Source of the DNA: an uncultured Gammaproteobacteria bacterium
GTDB taxonomy: Bacteria > Pseudomonadota > Gammaproteobacteria > UBA9214
Length of the DNA stretch: 64,000 nucleotides
Assembly (NCBI GenBank): GCA_963827755.1
Contig: CAWHCQ010000011.1
Coordinates: forward strand, 128,001-192,000
Reading direction: 5' to 3'
The translations under genes and the position numbers were made by a program. The notes below the pieces were generated by a model. That model was not told where the DNA came from and made no database searches. It saw only the letters and a program-made list of their open reading frames with translations. Below are positions 56,261 through 64,000 of the stretch, piece after piece; within the stretch, counting starts at the first letter, position 1; the number at the start of each line of letters is the position of its first letter.

Positions 56261-57073
56261 ATGACAGACGAAGATAAAAATTCACCGGTCACACTCGCTG
56301 ACCTGCAACGCATGAAACAACGGGGCGAGAAAATCGCCTGCCTGACCTGCTATGACGCGAGTTTTACCAGGCTGCTGGAAACTGCCGGTATCGATATGTT
56401 CATTATCGGCGATTCTCTCGGCATGGTGTTGCTGGGTTATGACTCTACCGTACCTGTCACCATGGAGGACATGATCCATCATGCCGCCAGTGTCGCGCGC
56501 GTCGGCCGGCATGCCTGGCGGGTGGTTGATTTGCCCGCCGGGAGCTACGAGACCCGCTCGCAGGCGCTGGAAAATGCCCGCCGCCTGGTAGACGAGGGCG
56601 GGGCGGACATGGTCAAGCTCGAGGGCGGAACCCGCATGGCGGGGATCGCCGCGCACCTGGTACAGCACGGTATCCCGCTCTGTGGTCATGTCGGCCTGCT
56701 GCCGCAATCCGTCGAGGAACTCGGCGGATACAGGGTCCAGGGGCGCGATGAGGCCGGGGCGAGGGCGATCATGGAGGATGCGAAGGCCCTCGAGCAGGCC
56801 GGCGCCGGCTTGCTGGTGATGGAATGTATTCCATCGCCACTGGCGGCCGGGATCAGCGCCAGCCTGGGTATCCCCACCATCGGCATCGGTGCCGGGCCCG
56901 GCTGTGACGGCCAGGTGCTGGTGCTGTATGACATGCTCGGTATCGCGGCACAAAAAACTCCGCGCTTCGTGAAAGATTTTTTGCAGGATTCCGGCAGCAT
57001 AGCCGCGGCGGCGGGCGCCTACATCAAGGCGGTGAAAGATGGCAGCTACCCGGCGCCGGAGCATGAGTACTGA
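56261..57073 (+). CDS. panB: 3-methyl-2-oxobutanoate hydroxymethyltransferase
   Basis: LTCYDAS, GDSLGM, VKLEGG, GHVGLLPQ, IGIGAG. Confidence 0.96.
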   Translation: MTDEDKNSPVTLADLQRMKQRGEKIACLTCYDASFTRLLETAGIDMFIIGDSLGMVLLGYDSTVPVTMEDMIHHAASVARVGRHAWRVVDLPAGSYETRSQALENARRLVDEGGADMVKLEGGTRMAGIAAHLVQHGIPLCGHVGLLPQSVEELGGYRVQGRDEAGARAIMEDAKALEQAGAGLLVMECIPSPLAAGISASLGIPTIGIGAGPGCDGQVLVLYDMLGIAAQKTPRFVKDFLQDSGSIAAAAGAYIKAVKDGSYPAPEHEY

Positions 57074-57924
57074 TGGAAACAATCACCTCTGTTGCAGAAT
57101 TACGTGCGCACACCAGGGCGTGGCGCCTGCGCGATGAGGCGATCGCTTTTGTCCCGACCATGGGTAGCCTGCATGCCGGCCACTTGAAACTGGTGCAGCA
57201 TGCAAAGGCAATTGCGCCACGGGTCGTTGTCAGTATCTTTGTCAACCCGCTGCAGTTTGCGCCCGATGAAGATTATGAAAGTTATCCGCTTACCCTGCAG
57301 CTCGATACCGGGGCACTGCTGGAAGCGGATGCAGATGTGCTGTTCGCCCCCGGCGTAGCCACCATGTACCCGGGCGGCATCAAGCGGGCAACATCGGTTG
57401 TCGTTCCCGGGCTGAACAGCATCCTCGAAGGCGAGCACCGGCCGTCCCATTTCAACGGTGTGACAACGGTTGTCGCGAAACTCTTCAACATGGTGCAACC
57501 GGATATCGCGGTTTTCGGCGAGAAGGACTACCAGCAGTTGTTGATTATTCAACGCATGGTGAGCGACCTGGACATGCCCGTGAGGATTGAAGCGGTTGAA
57601 ACCGTGCGTGAACCCGACGGCCTCGCCATGAGTTCGAGAAACAATTACCTGCAGCCTGCGGAGCGTGCGCTTGCGCCGCAGCTGCACCAGGTACTGCTCG
57701 ACGTGAAGACCATTGTCGAGGCCGGTGAAACCGATTTGCGGGGTGTCGAGCAGGCCGCCGTGCAACAGCTGGCCGAGGCGGGACTGGCGGCGGATTACCT
57801 CAGTATTCGCCGCCGTTCTGATCTTGCGCCGCCGGCCGCCGCTGACCGGCAACTGGTGGTGCTGGCGGCGGCCCGCATCGGGGCGACCCGCCTGATTGAC
57901 AATATTTGTATATCAATAACTTAG
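57073..57924 (+). CDS. panC: Pantothenate synthetase
   Basis: PTMGSLHAGH, FGEKDYQQ, GLAMSSRN, RLIDN. Confidence 0.97.
   Translation: METITSVAELRAHTRAWRLRDEAIAFVPTMGSLHAGHLKLVQHAKAIAPRVVVSIFVNPLQFAPDEDYESYPLTLQLDTGALLEADADVLFAPGVATMYPGGIKRATSVVVPGLNSILEGEHRPSHFNGVTTVVAKLFNMVQPDIAVFGEKDYQQLLIIQRMVSDLDMPVRIEAVETVREPDGLAMSSRNNYLQPAERALAPQLHQVLLDVKTIVEAGETDLRGVEQAAVQQLAEAGLAADYLSIRRRSDLAPPAAADRQLVVLAAARIGATRLIDNICISIT
57911..57923 (+). promoter_or_regulatory. IHF-consensus site upstream of panD
   Basis: TATCAATAACTTA matches WATCAANNNNTTR in an AT-rich context. Confidence 0.4.
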
Positions 57925-58030
57925 TGGCAATACTTAATATGGAAACTATATGGGTTCCTTGCAGTCTAATGTTTGCTACAGCATAATCCCTCCCTGTTTT
58001 TGACGAGGGGTCAAGGAGCCTTTCCCGCGC

Positions 58031-58411
58031 ATGCAAATCAGCCTGTTAAAATCCAAACTGCACCACGCCAATGTCACGCATTCGGAACTCGAGTACGAAG
58101 GCTCCTGTGCCATTGACGGCGCCTTGCTGAAGGCGGCCAATATCCAGGAATACGAGCAGATCCAGATCTACAACCTGGACAACGGCGAACGTTTCACGAC
58201 CTATGCCATTCGCGCAGAAGACCATTCCGGAATCATCTCCGTGAACGGTGCCGCGGCGCACAAGGCGAATCCCGGCGACCGTGTCATCATCTGTACCTAC
58301 GCAATGCTGTCACAACAGGAAGCCAGCGTCTTCAAGCCGACGTTGATCTATCTCAACGAGGCCAACCGGATCAAGGATATGCGTCACGCCATACCTGTCC
58401 AGGTTGCCTGA
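58031..58411 (+). CDS. panD: Aspartate 1-decarboxylase
   Basis: KSKLH, YEGSC cleavage site, [13 protein letters not shown]. Confidence 0.97.
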   Translation: MQISLLKSKLHHANVTHSELEYEGSCAIDGALLKAANIQEYEQIQIYNLDNGERFTTYAIRAEDHSGIISVNGAAAHKANPGDRVIICTYAMLSQQEASVFKPTLIYLNEANRIKDMRHAIPVQVA

Positions 58412-58644
58412 TTTCACAACCCTGTGCCAGCGGATTTCCGCCGGCGGAATATCTCCCGGTTGATTGCACCATGCCGTACCCGTCCTGCACCGGGCCGGGC
58501 ATGCAGTCCCCTTCAGGTGTGTTTTAAAACCGGATCCTGCGGTGGATTCTGTAACTATCCGGGATGAATAGGAAAAATAGCTGTTACCCTTTTCGGGTCG
58601 CTCGCGTTAAAGGTATGCGTAACCCGAAAAATCAGGAGTCAGTT

Positions 58645-59282
58645 ATGAAAACGCATCGCATATCCCGAACCATCGTCGCCGCCATGGTGGCCGTCTCACT
58701 CGCCGGCAGCGGCAGTGCCTGGGCCGATCGCAAGAATGACCAGCGCGGCTACAGCCGTGACCACAGCGGTCAGCACGACAAACGCGGCCATGACCGGCGC
58801 CAGAGTAGTCATAATGACAAGCGTGCCTATGACCGCCGTCACGATCGTCATAATGACAAGCAGTACGCCTACAAAAAGCACAAGAAGTACAAGAAGTACA
58901 AGCAAAAGCATCATTACAAGGATCGTTACAAGCCCCGGTATTATCGGGGTTATGGCGGCAGCTCTTACTACTACGCAACAATGACGACAATGACGACGAT
59001 CTGCTGATCGGTCTGTTGATGGGTGGCTTGATCGGTTATGCCATCAACAGTGCGCAGGATAACGGCTACGGATACGACAGCTACCCGCAGTCCGGTACCC
59101 GGCAGGATGCGCAGGCAGCGATCTATGAGGCAAGCAGCCCTGGCGAGGGCACCTGTCTGCAGGAACGCGAATACCAGATGAAAGTGATTGTCGGTGGCCG
59201 CACGGTCGATGCCTATGGCACCGCCTGCCTGCAGCCCGACGGTTCCTGGAGCCGGGGCCCGGCAAAAACGGAAACATTCTGA
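58645..59282 (+). CDS. Exported low-complexity (H/K/R/D/Y-rich) protein with a Gly-zipper helix and a 17-kDa-antigen-like C-terminus; apparent indel near 58975
   Basis: Signal peptide ending SAWA; charged repeats; the shifted frame gives LLIGLLMGGLIGYAI...CLQEREYQ..V.VGG....AYGTACLQPDGSW. Confidence 0.7.
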
Positions 59283-59408
59283 CGCTGCGCACCGTCCTCC
59301 GGCCTGCCTGATCACGGGGTAGGCCGGATCAGGCGCAGCGGATCCGGGATGGACGGGCCAGGGTACAGCTGCCCGGACCGTCACAACACGCCTTCTCCGC
59401 CTGCGCTA

Positions 59409-60161
59409 TTACAGGCCCTGCTCCGGGCGGCGCCATTCATCCACCAGCCGCATTGCCCGCTCGTAATGGCTGCCCTGCCAGTAAATCCGGCCGCAGCCGC
59501 TGCACATCCTGAAGCGGTTGTAATAGCGGCGCGTCTTCGGCTCGAGGCGTGCCTCGATGAGTTGCTTGTCAACAGCCTGCAAGATGCCATTGCAGCGGAT
59601 GCAGCGGGTGAACGGCGCGATCAGCCTGTACAAATCGAAACGTGACAGGACCTCCGGCACCTGTAGCCGTGGCCGCACCTCGCGCACAAAATAGCCGTGC
59701 GTAATAATCTTGTGCTGCAACAGACTGCGGTCCCGCGTTAACAGCGTCCGCTGTTGCCTGGCAGAAATGCTCGCCACGGTCGCATCTTCATAGTCATTCG
59801 AATAGAGACAGTCAAACCCGAGCAGGCGCAGGTAGCGCGCCAGCCGCCCGAGGTTGGTATCGAGGATAAACGTCGGGTTGCGCAGGGGTGCAGGCCGCAG
59901 GCGAATCAGAGGGCTCACATCGAGGCTTTCGAACAGGGGGTAGACGCTGATGCGGTCGCCGTCCTGCACGATCCACGAGAAATCGACCGACTTGCCGTTG
60001 ACGAGGATGATTTCCACCTCCGTGTGCGGCACCCCGAAGGACTCGATCATGTCCTTCACCGAGGTGCGCCGCTCGAAGTCATGCGTGATATCCGTCTTGC
60101 GCAGCCTCGGCGCGAGGAAATCATTCAACTCTTCATAGAAGCGTAACTGCACCCGTGCCAT
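59409..60161 (-). CDS. Ubiquitin-like domain fused to a Mut7-C RNase domain
   Basis: RFYEELNDFL, SVKDMIESFGVPHTEV, FILDTNLGRLARYLRLLGFD, LTRD, RCIRCNG, CSGCGRIYWQGSH. Confidence 0.92.
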   Translation of the reverse strand: MARVQLRFYEELNDFLAPRLRKTDITHDFERRTSVKDMIESFGVPHTEVEIILVNGKSVDFSWIVQDGDRISVYPLFESLDVSPLIRLRPAPLRNPTFILDTNLGRLARYLRLLGFDCLYSNDYEDATVASISARQQRTLLTRDRSLLQHKIITHGYFVREVRPRLQVPEVLSRFDLYRLIAPFTRCIRCNGILQAVDKQLIEARLEPKTRRYYNRFRMCSGCGRIYWQGSHYERAMRLVDEWRRPEQGL

Positions 60162-60164
60162 GCC

Positions 60165-61037
60165 TTAGCCCACGATCAGAAACACACCGAGTATCATCAA
60201 CACCCCCGCCACGAGGTTCTTCGTCAGGCCTTTTTCGCCAAACAGCCATGCCCCGTAGAGCATGCCGAACAGCAGGCTGGTGCGTTTTACCGCGATCATG
60301 TAGGCGACCTCGATATGCTCAATGGCGTAAAAATGCGTCACTACCATCGCGGCCATGAACACACCTATACCCAGGTGCGCAAGCGGGTGGCGGCCAAGTG
60401 CGCGCCAGCTATGAACATTGCGCGAGGCAAACACCACGGCCGATGCAATGCCCAGGGTGACGAAATAAAACGGTCCGAAAAATTCCGGCGTGACGTGTAA
60501 CAGGGCGGCCTTGCTGAATACACTTGTCAGGCTGTAGATCGCCGCCGTCATCAGCATCAGCCGCGAGCCGCGTACCCTGACGATCGCACGAAACGGTGCC
60601 AGCACATTCCGGTCCGCACCGTTGGGCGTAGTCCTGACATTTAATATCCATGCACCGCACACCACCAGCATAATCCCGGCAAATCCCGTGCGGGTAACCG
60701 ACTCGCCGAGGAAGACGAACCCCGTCAGCGCGATAAATACCGGGGTAAACGCAAGATAGGGCAGGGTCAATGACAGCGGAGACTCGCGGATCGCCTGCAT
60801 GTACAGCCACATGGCAAGCAGCTCCAGCGGCAGCAACAGCGCCATCCAGCCCCAGAAAACCATCGACAACTGCGGCCAGGGTTGCAGCAGCAGCCATGGC
60901 AGCAACAGCGCACCTGAAACGCCGAAGCGCACCAGTACCAGTTCCCCCGGCCGGTAGTGCGCAAGATAGCGCTTGGTCAGCATATCCGCCGTGGCAAGAA
61001 AGAACGCAGACATCAGGGTCAGGCCAAGCCAGTTCAT
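60165..61037 (-). CDS. EamA/DMT family transporter
   Basis: About 10 TM helices; PLSLTLPYLAFTP, AVKRTS. Confidence 0.88.
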   Translation of the reverse strand: MNWLGLTLMSAFFLATADMLTKRYLAHYRPGELVLVRFGVSGALLLPWLLLQPWPQLSMVFWGWMALLLPLELLAMWLYMQAIRESPLSLTLPYLAFTPVFIALTGFVFLGESVTRTGFAGIMLVVCGAWILNVRTTPNGADRNVLAPFRAIVRVRGSRLMLMTAAIYSLTSVFSKAALLHVTPEFFGPFYFVTLGIASAVVFASRNVHSWRALGRHPLAHLGIGVFMAAMVVTHFYAIEHIEVAYMIAVKRTSLLFGMLYGAWLFGEKGLTKNLVAGVLMILGVFLIVG

Positions 61038-61093
61038 CGTCGCAGTATATCCGCTCCCTGCAATGTGCAGTAGCAAGAACCGGGCCCGAATCT

Positions 61094-61210
61094 ATCGCGC
61101 TTGAGAAGCGCTCCTACACTATTTGATGCCATTGCCGTGCGGATGAATCGCGCTTGAGAAGCGCTCCTGCACTATTTGATGCCATTGTAGGAGCGCTTCT
61201 CAAGCGCGAT
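61094..61210. repeat. Cluster of three GTAG-type REP palindromes, including a 41-bp direct duplication
   Basis: ATCGCGCTTGAGAAGCGCTCCTRC at 61094 and 61147; inverted GTAGGAGCGCTTCTCAAGCGCGAT at 61187, identical to the copy at 19690. Confidence 0.85.
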
Positions 61211-61276
61211 TGATTCACGCACCATCCTGTCAAACTGCTATTCTCTGAATACGACCACAACAGCCGTACAAAAACC

Positions 61277-61948
61277 ATGCGCCTGATACCTGTTTGTCCA
61301 CTGCTTGTCCTCTGCCTGCTGTTGCCGTCCCTGCAGGCCGCTGCCGCTGACGACGCACAGGCGTGGCTGGAAGCGGATGATTACAGCAGCACCCTGCAGG
61401 TCAATGAAGGCGACCTCGAATTCCTCCAGGAGCCACCGGAGGGCCGGGTATTGCAGACCCGCAACCGGCTTACCATCATCCCATCAAGCCTGCACACCGG
61501 CTGGGTACGGCTGTACCAGTGCCAGAGCAACATCGACCCGGTTGACGCGGTGCAGATTATGTATCGCTACCACGGCCTGCGTAACCTGCGGGTGACCTCG
61601 AGCAGCGGGATGAAACGCGCCTGGGTGAAAGACAACAGCGTGCAGATGGAACAGGTAGAGGAATGGGGCGAGGTCTGTATCAGGGCCGAGGTGCAGGTTC
61701 TCAAGTCTGACGCGGAGGGCGGCTACACGCTGCAGAGCGGACCCTTTCACCGGCGTTTCCTCGACGGTTATTACCCGGTCCACCTCGATTACCGCATCCG
61801 CTGGCCGGCCGGCCTGCTGCAACTGGAGTCGGTTGAACCGGAGATGCAGCAGGGATTCCCGATTCGTGTTCGCCCCGGCGAACTGGCTATCGACACCCTG
61901 TTTGAAGGCAAGCTCACGATAAAGAGCAAGTGGCGTACGCTGCGATAA
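61277..61948 (+). CDS. Exported hypothetical protein
   Basis: Signal peptide; VNEGDLEFL, QCQSNID, GPFHRRFLDGYYP; no family recognised. Confidence 0.7.
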   Translation: MRLIPVCPLLVLCLLLPSLQAAAADDAQAWLEADDYSSTLQVNEGDLEFLQEPPEGRVLQTRNRLTIIPSSLHTGWVRLYQCQSNIDPVDAVQIMYRYHGLRNLRVTSSSGMKRAWVKDNSVQMEQVEEWGEVCIRAEVQVLKSDAEGGYTLQSGPFHRRFLDGYYPVHLDYRIRWPAGLLQLESVEPEMQQGFPIRVRPGELAIDTLFEGKLTIKSKWRTLR

Positions 61949-61955
61949 CGTGCAA

Positions 61956-62031
61956 TTCGCCAGCTGGCGCTGGCTCCTGCAATTCATCGAGGGCGCGGGA
62001 TCACCTGCAGGAGCGAGCGCCAGCTCGCGAA
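61956..62031. repeat. Divergent inverted REP doublet
   Basis: TTCGCCAGCTGGCGCTGGCTCCTGCA ... TGCAGGAGCGAGCGCCAGCTCGCGAA. Confidence 0.6.
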
Positions 62032-62068
62032 GGGTGCGCTAGAATGATCCCCAACAGGGAGAGTGCCT

Positions 62069-62782
62069 ATGAAATGCAGTGTGGAACGCCTGATCGAGGC
62101 GCTGATTGGAATAGAACTTGCCCAGCAGCGCAAGGCAAACGAAGAGCGGCTGGAAAAGGAGCGCCAGGCGAGGTACGTGGTCACCGTCTCGCGCGGCTTC
62201 GGTTCACTTGGCAAGCAAGTCGCACAGGCGCTTGCAGACCGTCTCGGTGTGAGGTGCTGCGACCGTACCATTCTCCAGGAAGTGGCGATGCGTGCCAACG
62301 TCGACATCGAACTGGTTAAAAAACTCGATGAAAATATCGAGCAGAGCCGGGCGAAACCGTGGAAGGCCTTCTTCAGCGACAAGTCGTACTCGAAGGAACG
62401 CTACCTGCACCACCTGGTGAAGGTGGTCCTCAATATCTCGAAAAAGGGCGGTGTCATCGTCGGCCGCGGCGCCCACCTGATTCTCGGCCCCAAAAGGGCC
62501 TTTCGCATCCGCATCGTCGGCACGCCGGATATCTGTGCCGCACGCGTTGCCGCGCGTGAGGACATCGACCTCGATGCCGCGAGGAAACGCGTCAAGACCA
62601 TCAACCGGCAGCGCGCGGAATACCTCAAGGAGCTGTATGGCGAAGGTATCAACGACTGCAGCGACTACGACCTGGTGATCAACTCGGACCGCTACGAGGT
62701 CCCGCAAATGGTCCACCTTGTTCTCGAGGCGATGCAGCAGGCCGGCTACGATATTCCACAAAAACTCCTGCAAACCGCCTGA
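62069..62782 (+). CDS. Cytidylate kinase-like family protein
   Basis: VTVSRGFGSLG, VIVGRGA, YDLVINS. Confidence 0.85.
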   Translation: MKCSVERLIEALIGIELAQQRKANEERLEKERQARYVVTVSRGFGSLGKQVAQALADRLGVRCCDRTILQEVAMRANVDIELVKKLDENIEQSRAKPWKAFFSDKSYSKERYLHHLVKVVLNISKKGGVIVGRGAHLILGPKRAFRIRIVGTPDICAARVAAREDIDLDAARKRVKTINRQRAEYLKELYGEGINDCSDYDLVINSDRYEVPQMVHLVLEAMQQAGYDIPQKLLQTA

Positions 62783-62880
62783 GCCTGCGCATCAATCGCG
62801 CCTGCAGGGCGCGCCGGTACCGGAATCAACAAGCCGCAGGGACGGATCGCTTCCGCGATCGATCCTGCAGTCGCTGCGAT

Positions 62881-63381
62881 TCAGAACAGAAGCTTCTCCT
62901 CGATAGCCGCGATGCCGGCCATGGCGCAGGCATCATCGGCCTCGCCACTGGGGGCCCCGGAAACCCCGACGGCCGCGACGATCGAGCCCGCCGCCTCGAC
63001 CAGCACGCCGCCACCCAGCATCAGGGCATTATCGACGAAGCGCACCCCCGATTGCGGGCCCGCCTGGGTTTCTTCTGCCATTGCCAGGGTATTGGAACGG
63101 AAGCTGGTCGCCGTCCAGGCCTTGCGGGTGGCGGTATTCGGGGTGTGCTGGCCGGCATAACGGTCGCGCAGCATCACCTGCGGTGTGCCGGAGCGATCGA
63201 CCACGGCCACACTGATCTGGTAACCCTGTTTGCGGCAGGCTGCCAGCGTGGCCTGCGCCAGTTCCAGCGCGGTCCCGGGGCTAAGCGCCTTGTAGCTGAT
63301 CAGTGCCTCCTCCTCGGCAACAACCGGCAGGCTGGTCAGTACGGCGGCCACGGTGGCGGCTATGAGTGTTTTACTTTTCAT
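62881..63381 (-). CDS. GlcG/HbpS family heme-binding protein, exported
   Basis: Signal peptide, VAVVDRSG, RKAWTA, GGGV, VGVSGAP...DDACA. Confidence 0.9.
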   Translation of the reverse strand: MKSKTLIAATVAAVLTSLPVVAEEEALISYKALSPGTALELAQATLAACRKQGYQISVAVVDRSGTPQVMLRDRYAGQHTPNTATRKAWTATSFRSNTLAMAEETQAGPQSGVRFVDNALMLGGGVLVEAAGSIVAAVGVSGAPSGEADDACAMAGIAAIEEKLLF

Positions 63382-63534
63382 GATGTACTCCTCGTTGTGA
63401 TTGCGATGTCCATGGACCAATAGTAGACCGAAAAAGGCGCGGTGTTGCTGCCGCTTGCTTATATATTTCAGCCTGCCTGCCGAATACTCCAGGGAGAGGC
63501 CATTCATCAGCGGCCAACCCGGGGATACCGCAGC

Positions 63535-64000
63535 ATGGAAAACAGCCACACCCTCAGCCTTTCCGGCGGACTCTACGGCGATCGCTCGGTGCTGTTTCTG
63601 TTACTGTCCAACCTGTTCACCATCGTGCTGGCCGTGCTGCAGCAGTGGGATGTCTATACCCTGATGTGGATTTACTGGGGCCAGAGCGTGGTGATCGGTT
63701 ATTTCAACGTGCACCGCATCCTCGATCTCGAGAAATTCTCCACGAAGAATTTCACCATCAACGACAAGCCGGTGGACCCCACACCCGAGACGCAACGCAA
63801 GACCGCGGGATTCTTCGCGCTGCATTACGGACTCTTCCATTTTGCCTACCTGGTGTTTTTGCTGGGCGAGGCCGGCAAACAGCACACCTTCCCGTTAATA
63901 TACGTCGCACTCTGTATGCTTGCCTTTTATTTCAATCACCGTTTTTCCTATCACTACAACCGCGAACGTGAGCGCGACGATATCCCGAACATCGGCCACA
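63535..64000 (+). CDS. Membrane protein (DUF6498-like); runs off the window end
   Basis: Manual translation of an open frame from ATG 63535: LLSNLFTIVLAV..W....LMWIYW.QSVVIG.FN...FFALHYGLFH. Confidence 0.72.
   Translation, partial: MENSHTLSLSGGLYGDRSVLFLLLSNLFTIVLAVLQQWDVYTLMWIYWGQSVVIGYFNVHRILDLEKFSTKNFTINDKPVDPTPETQRKTAGFFALHYGLFHFAYLVFLLGEAGKQHTFPLIYVALCMLAFYFNHRFSYHYNRERERDDIPNIGH

Noticed and set aside
61094-61210. Possible mini CRISPR array
   Set aside because: Only two direct 41-bp copies with a 12-bp gap, the third copy is inverted, no cas genes are present, and the motif recurs as a REP at 19690.

Overview
Chromosomal window of a fairly GC-rich Gammaproteobacterium (gene order resembles Chromatiales/Thiohalobacterales-type lineages; this is inference). 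Most of it is conserved housekeeping DNA: fumA; nadB / rpoE-rseABC-degP-lepA-lepB-rnc-era-recO-pdxJ; cysM-rlmD; proS; ilvIHC-psd-pssA-leuA; udg-rimI-prfC; valS-holC-pepA / lptFG; tRNA-Glu; pcnB-folK-dNK-panBCD. The stand-out feature is a visibly AT-richer ~7.7 kb block (37.4-45.2 kb). It holds a DSF quorum-sensing set (rpfF synthase, RpfC hybrid kinase, RpfG HD-GYP regulator) with three fatty-acid-tailoring genes between rpfC and rpfG: an ACP, a ketosynthase that reads as NodE-like, and a CFA-synthase-family SAM methyltransferase. This suggests a DSF system with its own precursor and tailoring pathway that may make a chemically modified signal (hypothesis). About eleven genes, including ilvI, lptF and pepA, carry small frameshifts that look like sequencing or assembly indels, so broken frames are not read as pseudogenes. 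All family assignments come from motifs recognised by eye; no database search was run.
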